The position numbers were made by a program, and so were the translations under genes. A stretch of 64,000 nucleotides of DNA from Carcharhinus longimanus. Taxonomy: Eukaryota. The stretch lies in NCBI GenBank assembly GCA_030264375.1, contig JASCQW010000081.1:50447514-50511513 (forward strand), given 5' to 3'. Every line of letters begins with the position of its first letter. Positions within the stretch are counted from its first letter, which is position 1. The notes below the pieces were generated by a model. That model did no database searches, had not been told where the DNA came from, and was given only the letters and a program-made list of their open reading frames with translations. Of this stretch, positions 1 to 12,095 are shown piece by piece.

Positions 1-77
1 GATCAGCCATGATCTTATTGAATGGCGGGGCAGGCTCGAAGGGCTAGATGGCCTACTCCTGCTCCTGTTTCTTATGT
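1..77 (+). mobile_element. CR1 LINE 3' tail (young family)
   Basis: gatcagccatgatcttattgaatggcggggcaggctcgaagggc...cctactcctgctcct; near-identical inverted copies at 13788, 37612 and 49329. Confidence 0.8.
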
Positions 78-221
78 CTCTCAGGTGTTGGTTGGGGACA
101 GGCGCAGGGCTAGAAAGTGACAGAACTACCCTTGTCCTTTTTAATATGACATTGAATTTGAGAGTCCCTCACTGCCATAGTTGAGGACAGGGACGGTTCA
201 TAAAAAACAATAAGCTTCCCA

Positions 222-363
222 CTGACTGCACAGAGCCAGGGTCCCAGTTTCGATTACAGGCTTGGGTGACTGTGGAGTTTTCACGTTCTCCCCGTATCTG
301 CGGGGGTTTCCTCTGGGTGCTCCGGTTTCCTCCCACACTCCAAAGACATGTAGGTTAGGTGGA
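222..363 (+). mobile_element. HE1-like V-SINE fragment
   Basis: B-box-like sequence plus the V-domain core (ttctccccg...tgctccggtttcctcccac). Confidence 0.8.
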
Positions 364-2018
364 GGTGCAACCTGGCAATTTTCAACATCTAGGCTGTCAG
401 ACAAAGGCGTTCTCCTCTGATAGGTTCCTGTGCCCATTGGGGGCAACCTACCTAAGATCATACCCCCTCCTTAACCATCCCCGCTAACCAACAGGACTCA
501 GGGCCCCCCCCCATTCCCACTATCCACCCTTACTGAGGTGTGCCAGGTTGGCCTGTCCAAACTCCCAGATATTTGGGGCATGATCTGTCTGTCCCGCTGC
601 GCTGGTCGATTAGCATAGTGAGACAGGAATTTTGAGTGGGAGACGAAAAATGCGAATCATGGTCCTCCCAGGCCATTTTTGCCACATTATCATCTTCAAA
701 GAGTACGAAGCCAATTAAATTAATCACAATATTAATATAATTAGCGAGCCCAGGAAATTACAGTCCGGGCTCACTGAGTTTTCAAACCTTGTAGGTGGAG
801 GTCCTCACTGGCGAAGATCACAGATACTCCCCACCAATGGGCATCTGATGTGATGGTCTCACTGGTGGAACTGGAGGCCTTGAAGCCCCTCAGTGGTCAA
901 GGGCAGGAGTGAGCAGCACCCCTTGGGCAGTGCTAGCCTGGCATAGTGGCACTGCCCACTGGGCACCAGGCAGTGCCAAGAGAGTAAGGCCAGACCAGCT
1001 GGGGGTTCTGAGCAGGAGGTCAGTAGGAGGGTGGGGAGGGGAGAATTCTGCATCTTGGTCAGGGACCTGTTGGTGGGGTTTTTGATTGGGGGTTGATGCC
1101 AGCAATCGAGAGTCGGGGCCAGCGATTGGGGGAGGGTGATGGGGAACTGGCCATGGTCCTAGCAGTGGGACTACAGAGCTGCTCGCCAATCTGAGCATTC
1201 TAAAGCAGGACTCCCAGATGGGAGCAAAGTCCCACTCTGACTCAATTACGGTTGCTCCCCTCACCTGTGTGTGTGTGTTGTGAGAGGGGTGGGGGGGAGN
1301 NNNNTAGGGATGTCTCCATGCAATACTGGTGAACAGACAGTTCCTCTGACAAATCCGCACTCCTTCAATAATGCACTGAGAAGTGCTCCTGCACCAGACT
1401 GGGGCTTGAGCCCACAACCCTTCCAACTCATGACAAGGTATCTACCGATGTGACACCGTTGACATGCACAGACTCTACATAAGAGCGCTGGGAATCAATC
1501 TATCTCAGGACTTTACCAATTTTGCTTCTGAACTCTCTGCTGGTACACACATTGGGTGCTGTTCTGGCAACCTACTCTATGGATTCTTCTCACTTCCAGT
1601 GAGCTCTGATTCCCACTCAGATGGCTGAGATTTAGAATTCTCTACCCAAATGATAAATAACATAATGTGTTGTGTAACAAAAAAAGCAGCTTCTGACTGC
1701 TATCCAGTGACATCTCTTGGAAAGTGTGTGTGAGCAGAACAAGACTCAGTAGCAAAGCAATCGTCAATTGAGTAGTTTGTCCATTGTGCACACTCACACA
1801 AGAAAGGAACGTAGGAATTTTGAGGAGGTACCACAAAGCTGCCAAGTGGTACTATGTCCCAGCAAGACATTTGAACTTTCATAGAGATTGGGAGGAATGG
1901 GAAGTAATCCAGGGGAAGGGATGAAATCAATAAAGGGAAAGAAGTGCATCCAACTGTAAGACAAAGAGTAACTAGATTGTGTTGCTGTGAAGTTCCAGGA
2001 TTGGGTGCCTCTTTGTAC

Positions 2019-2177
2019 CTGCAGGAAATGTTCTTTATCCTGTAATCTCTCTTTCAGGCACTGGATGTTCTCCTGCTGGACATGGACTTCACGCTGATGC
2101 ACTCTCTCCAGGGCTTGATAGTGCTGCTCCTTCTCCTGGAGCTCCTGTCGGACTTGTTGCAGTGTGTTGCGCAGCTC
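2019..2177 (-). CDS. PDE4DIP: Shared exon: ELRNTLQQVRQELQEKEQHYQALE...LKERLQDKEHFLQ
   Basis: Acceptor tgtttcag, donor gtacaa; 159 nt, phase 0-0. Resembles human ELRKALQQLQEELQNK...HKEQLLQ. Confidence 0.93.
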
Positions 2178-2689
2178 CTGAAACAAGCCAGCAACAGCCA
2201 AAATTTACCGGTAGAATACCACAAAAATATAGATTCTCTGCACCAATTAGCAATCAAAGCAACTGCATGGTATAATTAATTTTGCAAGTCTAAAATTAGC
2301 TACAATATTGTTGACCCAGAAACAGTCAGAAAACAGTGGAAAATCCACGTCAACAGCAGATGCAGAGATTCTTTGATGAACTAGTACAAGAAATTTGATA
2401 ATCGTGAGACTTGGGTACGGTTAATGCATTATTCTTCACAAACATCTGTTCTAACTTTTTAATCAGATGTGCAGCCTTGTCTTTCAACCACTTGGGCCCT
2501 TTAATTTCATTTTCTTGGTCACAAATGTGCGGTAACTCAAAGGGGCTAACTTATATTTGGACTGCACAGGAATTTCCAAGTTGCTGTGTGGGCACTCAGC
2601 TTAGAAGGAATGTGCTCTTCACCTTAGGGACTCAGCTTCAAATTCAGCCAGTCTATTGTGTGAAAGTTTCTTTTGTTTTAGGTAGTAGT

Positions 2690-3090
2690 AACATTGAATC
2701 ATACAGCACAGAAGCAGACCCTTTGGCCCAACTGGTCCATGCTGACCATGGTGCCCTCCTGCTAGTCTCAATGCCCACATTTGGCCCATATCCCTGATTA
2801 TTTCCCATTCATGCACTTATCCAAATACTTCTTAATTGTTGTCATTTAAACCTGCCTTAACCACTTTTTCTGGCAGCTCATTCCATATGTGTACCAGTCT
2901 CTGTGTGATGAAGTTGCCCTTTATTTCCCCTCTCACCTTAAACCTATGCCCTCTAGTTTTCAATTCCCCTACATTGGGAAAAAGGCTGAGTGTTCATCTT
3001 ATCTACGTCCCTCATGATTTTATACACCTCAATAAGGTCACCCCTCATTCTCCTACATTCCAAGGAATAAAACCCGAGCCTAGCCAACTG
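2690..3090 (-). mobile_element. CR1 LINE 3' end fragment
   Basis: Reverse strand resembles the CR1 ORF2 C-terminus (RLGFYSLE..RMRGDLIEVYKIM) plus the 3' UTR hairpin. Confidence 0.75.
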
Positions 3091-3544
3091 CATGGCTCCA
3101 AGTGTTTTTTGGCACTGCTATTTGACACAATGGAAAATCTCAGAGGGGCGGGGAGAAATAATGGAATGGATGGATGGGGCCAGAAGTCTCCAGTCTGCAA
3201 GAGGAGGGTGAATTTAGACCGAGGGGCTTCTGATGAATGCCCACCCCTCCCCCACTTCCTGCCTGAGATCAAGGGTGGACGTTTTCTGTTCCCACCCTCA
3301 GTCAACAGGTGGCCGCCAACCTAAAAATTGAAGCTGGGTAGGGAAAGGCTCTTAAATGGCCACTTAGGAGCNNNNNNNNNNNATGGGGCATGGGTGGGCT
3401 TCCCATCCGAAGGCCTGTCTGTACCACCATAAAGGCGTGTCTGAGTCGCCCCCATGCTCCCCGTTTCACCTTAGAACCCACTGGGGAAGCATAAAATTCT
3501 GGACTTGGAAAACAAAGATTTTATTTAAAACACCAAATGCTCAC

Positions 3545-3784
3545 TTGATTGTGATTAATGGTAGCCTCCTTTTGCTGATGTATCTCCTCAAGTTCAGTCT
3601 TGATCAGTTCTTTCCTCCTTCTTGCTCTGGTCAGTTCATACTCTTTCTGGCGTAGTAGTCTCTGCCTTCGCTGCAATTCCAGCTGATTGGAAAAGGAGGT
3701 GCTTTGCAATTCCAGCAGCTCAGCTTGTTGTTGGGCATGTGGGGGTACTGCCTGTCCATTAATACTCTCACAGGATGTACAACG
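3545..3784 (-). CDS. PDE4DIP: Shared exon: RCTSCESINGQAVPPHAQQQAELLELQSTSFSNQLELQ...QKEATINHNQ
   Basis: Acceptor gggctatag (exact 5' edge less certain), donor gtgagc; 240 nt, phase 0-0. Resembles human AQQQVALLDLQSALFCSQLEIQ...QKEASWKHNQ. Confidence 0.88.
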
Positions 3785-5972
3785 CTATAGCCCAGAAGAA
3801 ACAGAAATGTGGAATGCCATGAGAAACAGGCAATATACATAAGCAATAATGAAGATAAAATGACATTTTTCATCTTGCAAATTTTGGGTGGAATGATTTA
3901 AATTAACATTTCTTACTTCAACATCTTCTACTATTATCCTTCTCTCAATGCATACTGTCTCCATTCTCAAGGTTAAGTGGTCAGGCAGATAGCCTACATT
4001 CAGGCCTCAACTTCCACTATCCTTGGCACAAAGGTAATGCACTTCCCATTACGGCAATTTGAGCACAAATCTAGACTTACACAAGTCTTGCAGTAGAGGA
4101 GGTGCTGCTCTATTGGAAGTGTGATTTTTCATATGAGGGACAGAATCACCTGCTCTCACTGGTGGTGAGTTTGGAGGTGGGAAGGAAATTTACTTAGGCA
4201 GGTAATGGTGTACCTGAACCCCACTGTCTTCCCACATCTACTAGAAATCGTTTCTGGGTGGGAATGGACCATGTTTGATGTGCCTACCCTGCTGCCACTT
4301 GAAGCCTTTAAGTAGCCAATTAATGACCACTTAAGAGTTTCAATCCTCTGCCAGTGAGTTTAACCCAGTTGTAAGTGGACCTATGGCATTCACGACAGGT
4401 GAACCCATGCATGCTGCTGGTCACCTTTGGCAGCTGGGATCCTTCCATCAAAGGCAACCCATGCCTGATCAAAGGACTAGACTTCCCCTGGAATGAAGAC
4501 CCTGGAGGTGCAAGTCCTGCCTTGTGAGAGCTATTGGACAATCAAAGGCCTGGAGTTCTTTGGCTTAGCAACACCACTAAGAAAACAATGGCTGCAGCTG
4601 GACAGTCATACCCTAGAGTCTGAAAATTGCTGAGGGCACAGGCTCTAGGTAACATATACTGGGTGGAAGGGGGGTGCAGATTGCTGGTTTGCACAAATTC
4701 GCTACATCAATGATTACACTTCAAAAGTATTTAATTGGCTGTGAAACACTCTGGCAGGTCCTGAGGGTGTGAGAGATCTAAGTAAACGTTGTTCAGAACA
4801 CTTAGCCCTCCTGTTCTGCTTTAGACAATGAGGGACAGTTGGAGCATTAGCCCAACATCTCATTTGAAAAACGGCACTTCCAACATAACACAAATTCATT
4901 CTTTTACTGTGGTTGTTCAACTCAAACAACAACCATTTTCTGCTGTGGTCGAACTGCTAGCAGCCTTTCATCACTAGGAGATGAGGTAATATATCAGGCA
5001 TACTGCTGTCTAAAATACTTAAATGATCAAACTCAACAAATCAGGGCTGTGTGATTGACCTACATCTTCTAGTTTGTGACACTGATGGGTGCATTGCCAA
5101 ATGCCCATGATGTTTCCTGTGACCTGATGATAGTACCCATTTTCAGCTCTTATCTTCCGATCCTGGCCAAAATAGAAATGGATCAGTGCTGTCTCACCAG
5201 GAAGTTCAGTGATCAAGAATACCCGGGAAGGAGAGAACATGCCCTTTTCATAGGTCAGTAGCTGCAGTATTCAGGTTAGTTTTTAAAGATCCAAGTCTTT
5301 TAATATGGATCAGTGAATGGGTAAGTTAGTGAATTGGTAGGTGTATAGGCAAGTGAATGGGTGAGGTGGGTAGTGCAGTAGGTGAGGGATTAGATGAATG
5401 GCTGAGGTGGGCGAAAGTAGATTGGTGGGTGAGTGGCTATTCAAGTGATTGGGGAGTAATCAGGTGGTCGGGGTCTGGTCGCTGGTTTTGCTGGAGGGGG
5501 GCGGGTTTCAAGGGTGATTGGGTCAGAAGGGGTAGTTGAGTCTTTCTGGGTGGTGGAAGTTGGTAGGGAATGTAGTCGTCATTGGATCGTCAGTAGGATG
5601 ATTTACACTGGCTAATCCCTGAGCTAGACCAGCTATCAAACTGTCTAACATTTCTGGTCTAAACAAGCAGGCAAATCCTGTGAACCTGGCCCAAGTCTGT
5701 CACTTGAGCTCAGTGTTCTCCGAGGATTCTGTGCACGAGAAATCAATCCTTCTGAAATTTAAAAGCCCAGGACAATTTCCACGTGTCCACATGTATCTGC
5801 ATGTCAGGGCTTCCACAGGGTCCCAACATGTATTGCCCTTAGAACAAGGCATAACGCTTGAGGAACACTAAGTTCAGAATTACAGACAAAATTAATGAAA
5901 GGCAAAAAAGGTTTGAAGTGCAGAGTTGTGCAGTCCAAGGCTACTTAAGTTACCTTTTCACTTGTTGCCTAC

Positions 5973-6065
5973 CTTCAGGTTTTCAAGTTGACTTCTATGA
6001 AGTATCTCCCTCAGTTTGGCCTGAGTCTCATTTTGGCCATCAATTACACGATAAAGCTCTTCAAC
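5973..6065 (-). CDS. PDE4DIP: Shared exon: VEELYRVIDGQNETQAKLREILHRSQLENLK
   Basis: Not in the ORF track; found manually. Acceptor atccag, donor gtaggc; 93 nt. Resembles human TEELYQVIEGQNDTMAKLREMLHQSQL. Confidence 0.93.
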
Positions 6066-6651
6066 CTGGATTGGGGCAGGGTTGGTGGAGAGGGCAAAGA
6101 CATTGGAATTTCAGGCCCTCAAAATATTATCACCATCTACAAAACTATCTAAAGTTTGCAGGCTGTGGCTGCTCTTCAAGGGAGAGGATTTATTCTGGTG
6201 CTATTTCATGTGTTAGAGGATAACTCCTGAAAGCAGTAAATACTGAAAATCTTCATACTACGTTTACAATTTTACTAACAGAAAGGCTGCTCCCTTCCCC
6301 AACCAGTCATCTGAAGAGGTTGCCCCCTACATTTGAGGAGCAAAGCTGCTCGGCTCTTCCGAATTATTATTTTAAGCGTACCCCTCAGAGGACTTATCCA
6401 TTCCTCAGTCAAGCTCAGCAGTTTCAAAGTGGCTTGGGGCTTCAGACCTGCCAAGTGATTGGGGCAGCAACTTGGGGGCTGGCCCTCCATCTTCATTTTG
6501 ATAGTGAGTGCAAAGGTGAACTCCTTTCTGTGATGGTCTCACTGTCAGCAGATGCAGGTATGGGACCTCCATTTATCCTGATTTCCAAATGTCTGCAGAA
6601 AATTCTACGCATGACATTTCTCTTCCAGTGTCTACATCGGAGAATTTTTAC

Positions 6652-6771
6652 CTCCTTTTCCTTGTTTTCCAAAGCCTCCTTCTGTTCCATCTGTGTTCTT
6701 TCCTGCTTCTGTGCTGTGTAGCGCATTGCCCTTAGTTCACTTTCCATTTCTCTTAAATTCTCCTGCAGCAT
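6652..6771 (-). CDS. PDE4DIP: Shared exon: MLQENLREMESELRAMRYTAQKQERTQMEQKEALENKEKE
   Basis: Acceptor cttccccag, donor gtaaaa; 120 nt, phase 0-0. Resembles human ILQEKLNEMSYELKCAQESSQKQD. Confidence 0.93.
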
Positions 6772-7244
6772 CTGGGGAAGTAAAGCCACGAGAGATTTAC
6801 CATTTGCAAAAAGAATGGTGGGAAAAGCTTTAATTAAAAAAAAATTAATTATCCAGGCTGGACTGGGATTTTGTTTTTGTTCCATGGACTGTTGGATGGT
6901 TATTTTTCTAAAAACCCCCAGCTGATGGGATAAAGTGAAAATGGAGTCCGCACAAGACAGTTAGCTTGCAATAGTTTGCTTGGAAAGTTAAAAGTCATGC
7001 AGTGGAAAACTTTTCCTGTCCAGTACATGCACCATTTTGGGGAAATAACAGAAACTCCACTGTACTTCAACCTGGTATTTCCACCCACCTTAACAGCAAG
7101 GATGACCAACCTGCAGTAGGATCAGTTGAGGCCTGACAACTTTATTCTTGCAGCATCAGCAGTTCTGTGCTAGAGACTCTGTTTATATATTGGCTCATCT
7201 TGTTAGAATTTTTTGTGCCTGAAGATTTGAAAACGATAGTTCTC

Positions 7245-7385
7245 TATTCCTTCGGAAAAAGTCATACTCAATTAAAAACATTAACTCTGCTTCTCCCTCC
7301 ACAGAAGCTGCCAGACCTGCTGAGTTTGTCCAGCACTTTCTGTTTCTCTTTCAGATCTCCAGCATCCATGGTATTTTGCCTTTAT
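7245..7385 (+). mobile_element. Penelope-type pseudo-LTR remnant
   Basis: ttaactctgcttctccctccacagaagctgccagacctgctgag...ccagca, a common elasmobranch PLE terminal repeat (recalled). Any upstream ribozyme core is decayed. Confidence 0.55.
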
Positions 7386-7894
7386 TGTCGTACTATTCCC
7401 TCACTGCTTTATAAATCCCAAATCAAAGCAGCAAAACACACAAAAAAATGGTCAAGACAAATAATGTTTCTGCAAAGACTGGTATAAGGGAACACTTCAA
7501 AAAGGATAATGTTTATAATGTACTTGAAGCTACTGAACTGACAGAGTGCCGGTCACAGTAATCATCTGAAGGTCCATGCAGTTGGATCTTTAGTGAAACA
7601 TTGACTTTTGTTAGCTCATGCTTGTCATAGCTTCACCGGCTTTCAAATACAGATGAATTATACTGAACTGAGTTACACTCAGCATCATGAGACATCTGTA
7701 AAAGGGAAATGAATGTAAACTTTGTATATGGACCCTGAGGCTCCATGGTACACAACTGTTTTACAACCCATGAATGCAAAAGCTCAGATCATCTTTATTA
7801 CAAAGCTTCTGAATCTGACCTCTAATTAAAAACAATTGTGGACATTTTTGTGCCCTAATCTGTTCTTGGGATGAAACTTTATAAACATACGGTA

Positions 7895-8310
7895 GGGTGA
7901 GAACCATAGCTCAGTTGATAGCACTCTCACTTGTGAATCATAAGGTTCTGGATTCAAATCACACCCCAGACACTTGAGCACAAAAATCAAGATGACACTC
8001 CTGTGCTGCACTGTGGAGGTCTTGTCTTTCAGTTAAGACACTGAACAGAGGCCCCATTTGCCTGCTCAAGTTGATATGAAATATCCCAAGGTATTATTTT
8101 CAGGAAGAGCACGGAGGTTATCCCTGGTGTCCCCGCCAATATTAATCCTTATTCAATATTAAAAAAAGATATTCCGAATAATGTCACACTGATATTTGGG
8201 GAGAACTAGCTGCTACATTTCCAACATTACAACAGTGACTATACTACAGTTTGTAGCCCTTTTGGATATTTGGTGGTCCTGAAAACCACTATATAAATGC
8301 AAGTCTCCTT
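7895..8310 (+). mobile_element. DeuSINE (SacSINE1-like), near full length
   Basis: tRNA-like head (agctcagttgatagca...ggattcaaatc), Deu-domain-like core (gtctttcag...gaggcccc...cctggtgtcc...ccaatatt) and tail ending tatataaatgcaagtct. Confidence 0.75.
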
Positions 8311-8928
8311 TGACTGTCTTTATGTTAGAACTTGAGAATCAAATGAGAGAGGATTTGATCAGTGTGGGCTGGGTTTGAATCCATGATGCAAAGATATATA
8401 ACATGTATTTATAATAAAGCTTTGAGAAACGTAGAATCCTCCTGAGTTTTTCTTAAAATAATAGTGTTTTATATAGTGTGATGTAGAATATTTTTAATTT
8501 ATTGTAACGCAGCAACTTTGACATCATCAATTCAATGAATGTGACTGCAAATCCAGTCAGTTCATTAACTATCACCACAGAGACAGTGTAATGTGATCTT
8601 AAAAAGGGAGGACATTGCTGTGTTTCAAACCAAATAGGCCAAATGTAGCATTACATTGTTGTCTGAGGTGAGCGAGGTTCCCACACAATATGCTTGCAGG
8701 CAACACTTCAAATCATTCCACTATTTCTGAGGGGTCTTTGTATGATGATTGTCAGAGGCAGTGATGGGGGCCATTGGTGTGGAGTGGGGGTGAGGAAAAA
8801 CTGGTTTTATGTTTTGCCTCCTTGGTTCTGGTCTCATGTCAGCAGCAGCACTGCTTGAAAGAACAATTTAGACCTGCATGTCCCTCACACACCAAACATC
8901 TTCCACTCCTAGCAGCACTCCAACTAAC

Positions 8929-9066
8929 CTTGTTGGCAGACTCGGTCTCCTGGATTCTGCCCTGCAACCCATGTACTTGGACCTGGGCTTTCTGCAGTTC
9001 AGTGACGCACTGTCCAGCTGCTGACTCATACTGATTCAACTGCTGCTGCTGCTCCTCAATCAAGTT
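8929..9066 (-). CDS. PDE4DIP: Shared exon: NLIEEQQQQLNQYESAAGQCVTELQKAQVQVHGLQGRIQETESANK
   Basis: Acceptor tctctgcag, donor gttagt; 138 nt, phase 0-0. End matches human LQEKIQQTEATNK. Confidence 0.93.
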
Positions 9067-10140
9067 CTGCAGAGACAAATGATTAAATATTAATTTGATT
9101 ATTCAAATATTTCAGTCTGGTATCGAAGCAGTGTAATCCTGTAGTTAGCCCATATTTGCCCAGGGATCCATATACTCAATGGTAATATTTTCCACTATTT
9201 CATGCTGTTCACTTTGCTCACAGCAAATCAGTGAAATTATGAAGAATCCCATAAAACAAATAAATAACAGCCTTGGTTCTGCAGTGTGGCATACTTGGCA
9301 TCGTTTTTTTTCTGCATGGGCACTGGGACAATATAATTCAAAATATAACACAGTTCAGGAATTGAGAATTTTGAAGCACTTGAACTCTGGTAAAATGTAG
9401 CCCTGCGTTCAGTCAGGATATTCAGTACTCTCTGGATATCACAGACTCAGTAAATGCATAAATATTCAACAGCATGGGGCATCAGAGCAGAGTCAAGTCA
9501 GTTTCTCACCTGAGGTGCATGTGATTCCCCCCTGCCCATGCGTAGTCAATTCACTAAAACCCAATCAGAAACAGAACTGCTATTTCCTCCCTACCCCAAC
9601 ATGGGGACCAAGGCCAACTGCTGCTCCTGCTGAGATCAGCTGAGGACAAACTAGGACCGTGGATTGTCCATGTGTCTCACTACATACTGCACTTATCCAC
9701 CGACACAATGGGGTGTCCCAAATTTATCAGTTTGTATAGTACAAGGTCACAGGAGTTGACATTCAGTCTACGGCTTTTTCATTCTCAGCTTGTGGTAATA
9801 GTAGTAGTAAACATGAATCTCAGCAGAGTGAGTTCATAAATGGAAAATTATCACAATATTTTTATTTGATAAACAAGATATCTTGACAGCAGGGGTGTAG
9901 CCATAAGATTACACTTAGCCAGAACAGTAGGGAGTGGTAAAGCAGGTGTTCCAAAATTTGCACACACACCAGCTGTTGTCCTCCTCCACCACCAACCTCA
10001 GCCTTCTGGCCCCAAATTTAAACTCTAGTTTTAATTTGAAACTTCCCTATCCTGAAACAGAATTTGACTAACAAAAACAAAATGGCATCTCCAGCGTAAG
10101 AATGTAAAAATACTCCGAATCCTAACAATGCTTAAATTAC

Positions 10141-10625
10141 TAGATTTACTAGGATGCTACCAGGACTTGATGGTTTGAGTTATAAGAAGAGGCTGGATAG
10201 ACTGGGACTTTTTTCTCTGGAACGTAGAAGTCTGAGGGGGGATCTTATAAAGGTCTATAAAATAATGAAGGGCATAGATCAGCTAGATAGCCAGTATCTT
10301 TTCCCAAAGATAGGGGAGTCTAAAATTAGAGGTTATAGGTTTAAGGTGAGAGGGGAGAGATACAGAAGTGTCCAGAGGGGCAACTTTTTCACACACAGGG
10401 TGGTGAGTGTGTGGAACAAGCTGGCAGAGGTAGTAGTAGAGGTGGGTATAATTTTGACTTTTAAAAAGCATTTAGACAATTACATAGGTAAGATGGGTAT
10501 AGGGCGATAAGGGCCAAATATGGGCAATTGGGATTAGCTTAAAGGTTTAAAAAAACAGGTGGCATGGACAAGATGGGCCGAAGGGTCTGTTTCCATACTG
10601 TAAACCTCGATACCCTTTGACTCTG
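10141..10625 (+). mobile_element. CR1 (HER1-like) LINE 3' end
   Basis: ORF 10154..10510 LPGLDGLSYKKRLDRLGLFSLERRSLRGDLIKVYKIMKG is the typical CR1 ORF2 C-terminus, followed by the gggccgaagggtctgtttc tail. Confidence 0.9.
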
Positions 10626-11765
10626 CCTTGGAATTACACCCCTGGGCAGAGAAGGACCAAGGTTTCCTTTGGGCCTGGAGGGGCACTTGCTTTTAATGCA
10701 TAAAATTGAAAATAAAATTCTATATTACCAACCCTATCTTCATAGAATCCCTACAATACAGACTCAATGGGCCAGATGGCCTCTTTCTGCACTGTAGGGA
10801 TTCTATGAAGTTTCTATCTTCATAGCTCCACAATTTGAGTGTTTCGATATTGGATATTCTTGTTACTAATCACTTCCAAAGAGTGATATATTATGTAAAG
10901 CGCACCTTATTTTGCTTTCATCTAGATAAATGATAGCATGACCCAAGGATTCTAACAAAAATGCTTACTTGTCAATACTGCCTTTGTAAGAATGAGGTTG
11001 AATGGCCATGGTTGGCCTGCCTGGCATTGAGACAACAGTTGTTCTTTAAAGTGAAAGTGCACATTCACTATGTTTACAGACAAATCTTCAAGAGAAGGGG
11101 TTCAATGAAGTTCCATTTTGCTAAATACCCTGCCTTACACCACAACTAGATCCCTTATCAACACAGACAGGACCTCTCACAATAGTTCCACACCTTCATA
11201 CAATCGACATACATTGCAAAATCAAGGTCACCAATACTTCCAGGCTCCGGTAATCCCAAAACCAGGACCGCATTTCTTGCTCCTAAATCATCTTACCAAT
11301 AAACTTATACCAGCACAATTTTCCTTTGTGGTAGCTCCTGATTTAGAGATCTCCTGAACCAATATGCTCAAATGCTTCCTAGACCCCTGGGACACAACTC
11401 CAAACCCTAATAACATTTTCCATTATTCCAATCCTTTACGAGTCTTGGCTTCCTCAACCCAGCACAAATCTTTCTCTATATTCTCAAATGCCAACACATC
11501 AATCCTTCCCAAAATGCACAAGCCTTTTCTAAATGCTGCCAGGCTCTGGGACAATCTACCTAATATTGACATTTATATGCGCTTCTCTATCAGAAACAAC
11601 TTGGAAAATCCTATCATTGTTTCCAATTTACCTTGGTCTTTAAAAAAGGTAATAGATAAAACTGACAAAAAAATGCAAGAGGTAGAATAATAACCACAGG
11701 CATATAAACATATTCATGTAATTCAATTTGAAGCATTGTAAATCAGACACAAACATTACATTATG

Positions 11766-12095
11766 GGGCAGCCTGGTGGCACAGTGGTTAGCACTTGCTG
11801 CCTCACACTGCCAGGGACCAGGTTTGATTCCCGGCTTTGGTCACTGTCTGTGTGGAGTTTGCACATTCTCCCCATGTCTACGTGGGTTTCCTCTAGGTGC
11901 CCTGGTTTCCCCCCGCATCCAAAGATGGACTGGTTAGGTGGATTAGCCGTGCTAAATTGCCCCTTAATGTCAATGGGACTAGCTAGGGTAAATGCATGGG
12001 ATTTTGGGGATAGGTCCTGGATGGGACTGTGGTCAGTGCAGATTTGATGGGCTGAATGGCCTCCTTCTGCACTGTTGGACTCTATGATTCTATAA
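11766..12095 (+). mobile_element. HE1-like V-SINE, full length, tail type A
   Basis: A box tggcacagtggttagc, B box, V core, and 3' tail gatgggctgaatggcctccttctgcactg...ctatgattctat. Confidence 0.9.

Noticed and set aside
11040-11690. Consecutive + strand ORFs (79 and 108 aa) in strand-biased sequence
   Set aside because: No recognisable motifs; possibly a very old L1/Tx1 remnant on the minus strand, but I cannot support it.
11766-11840. tRNA-like A/B boxes here and at other SINE heads
   Set aside because: They continue into V-SINE bodies and lack a full cloverleaf, so they are not tRNA genes.
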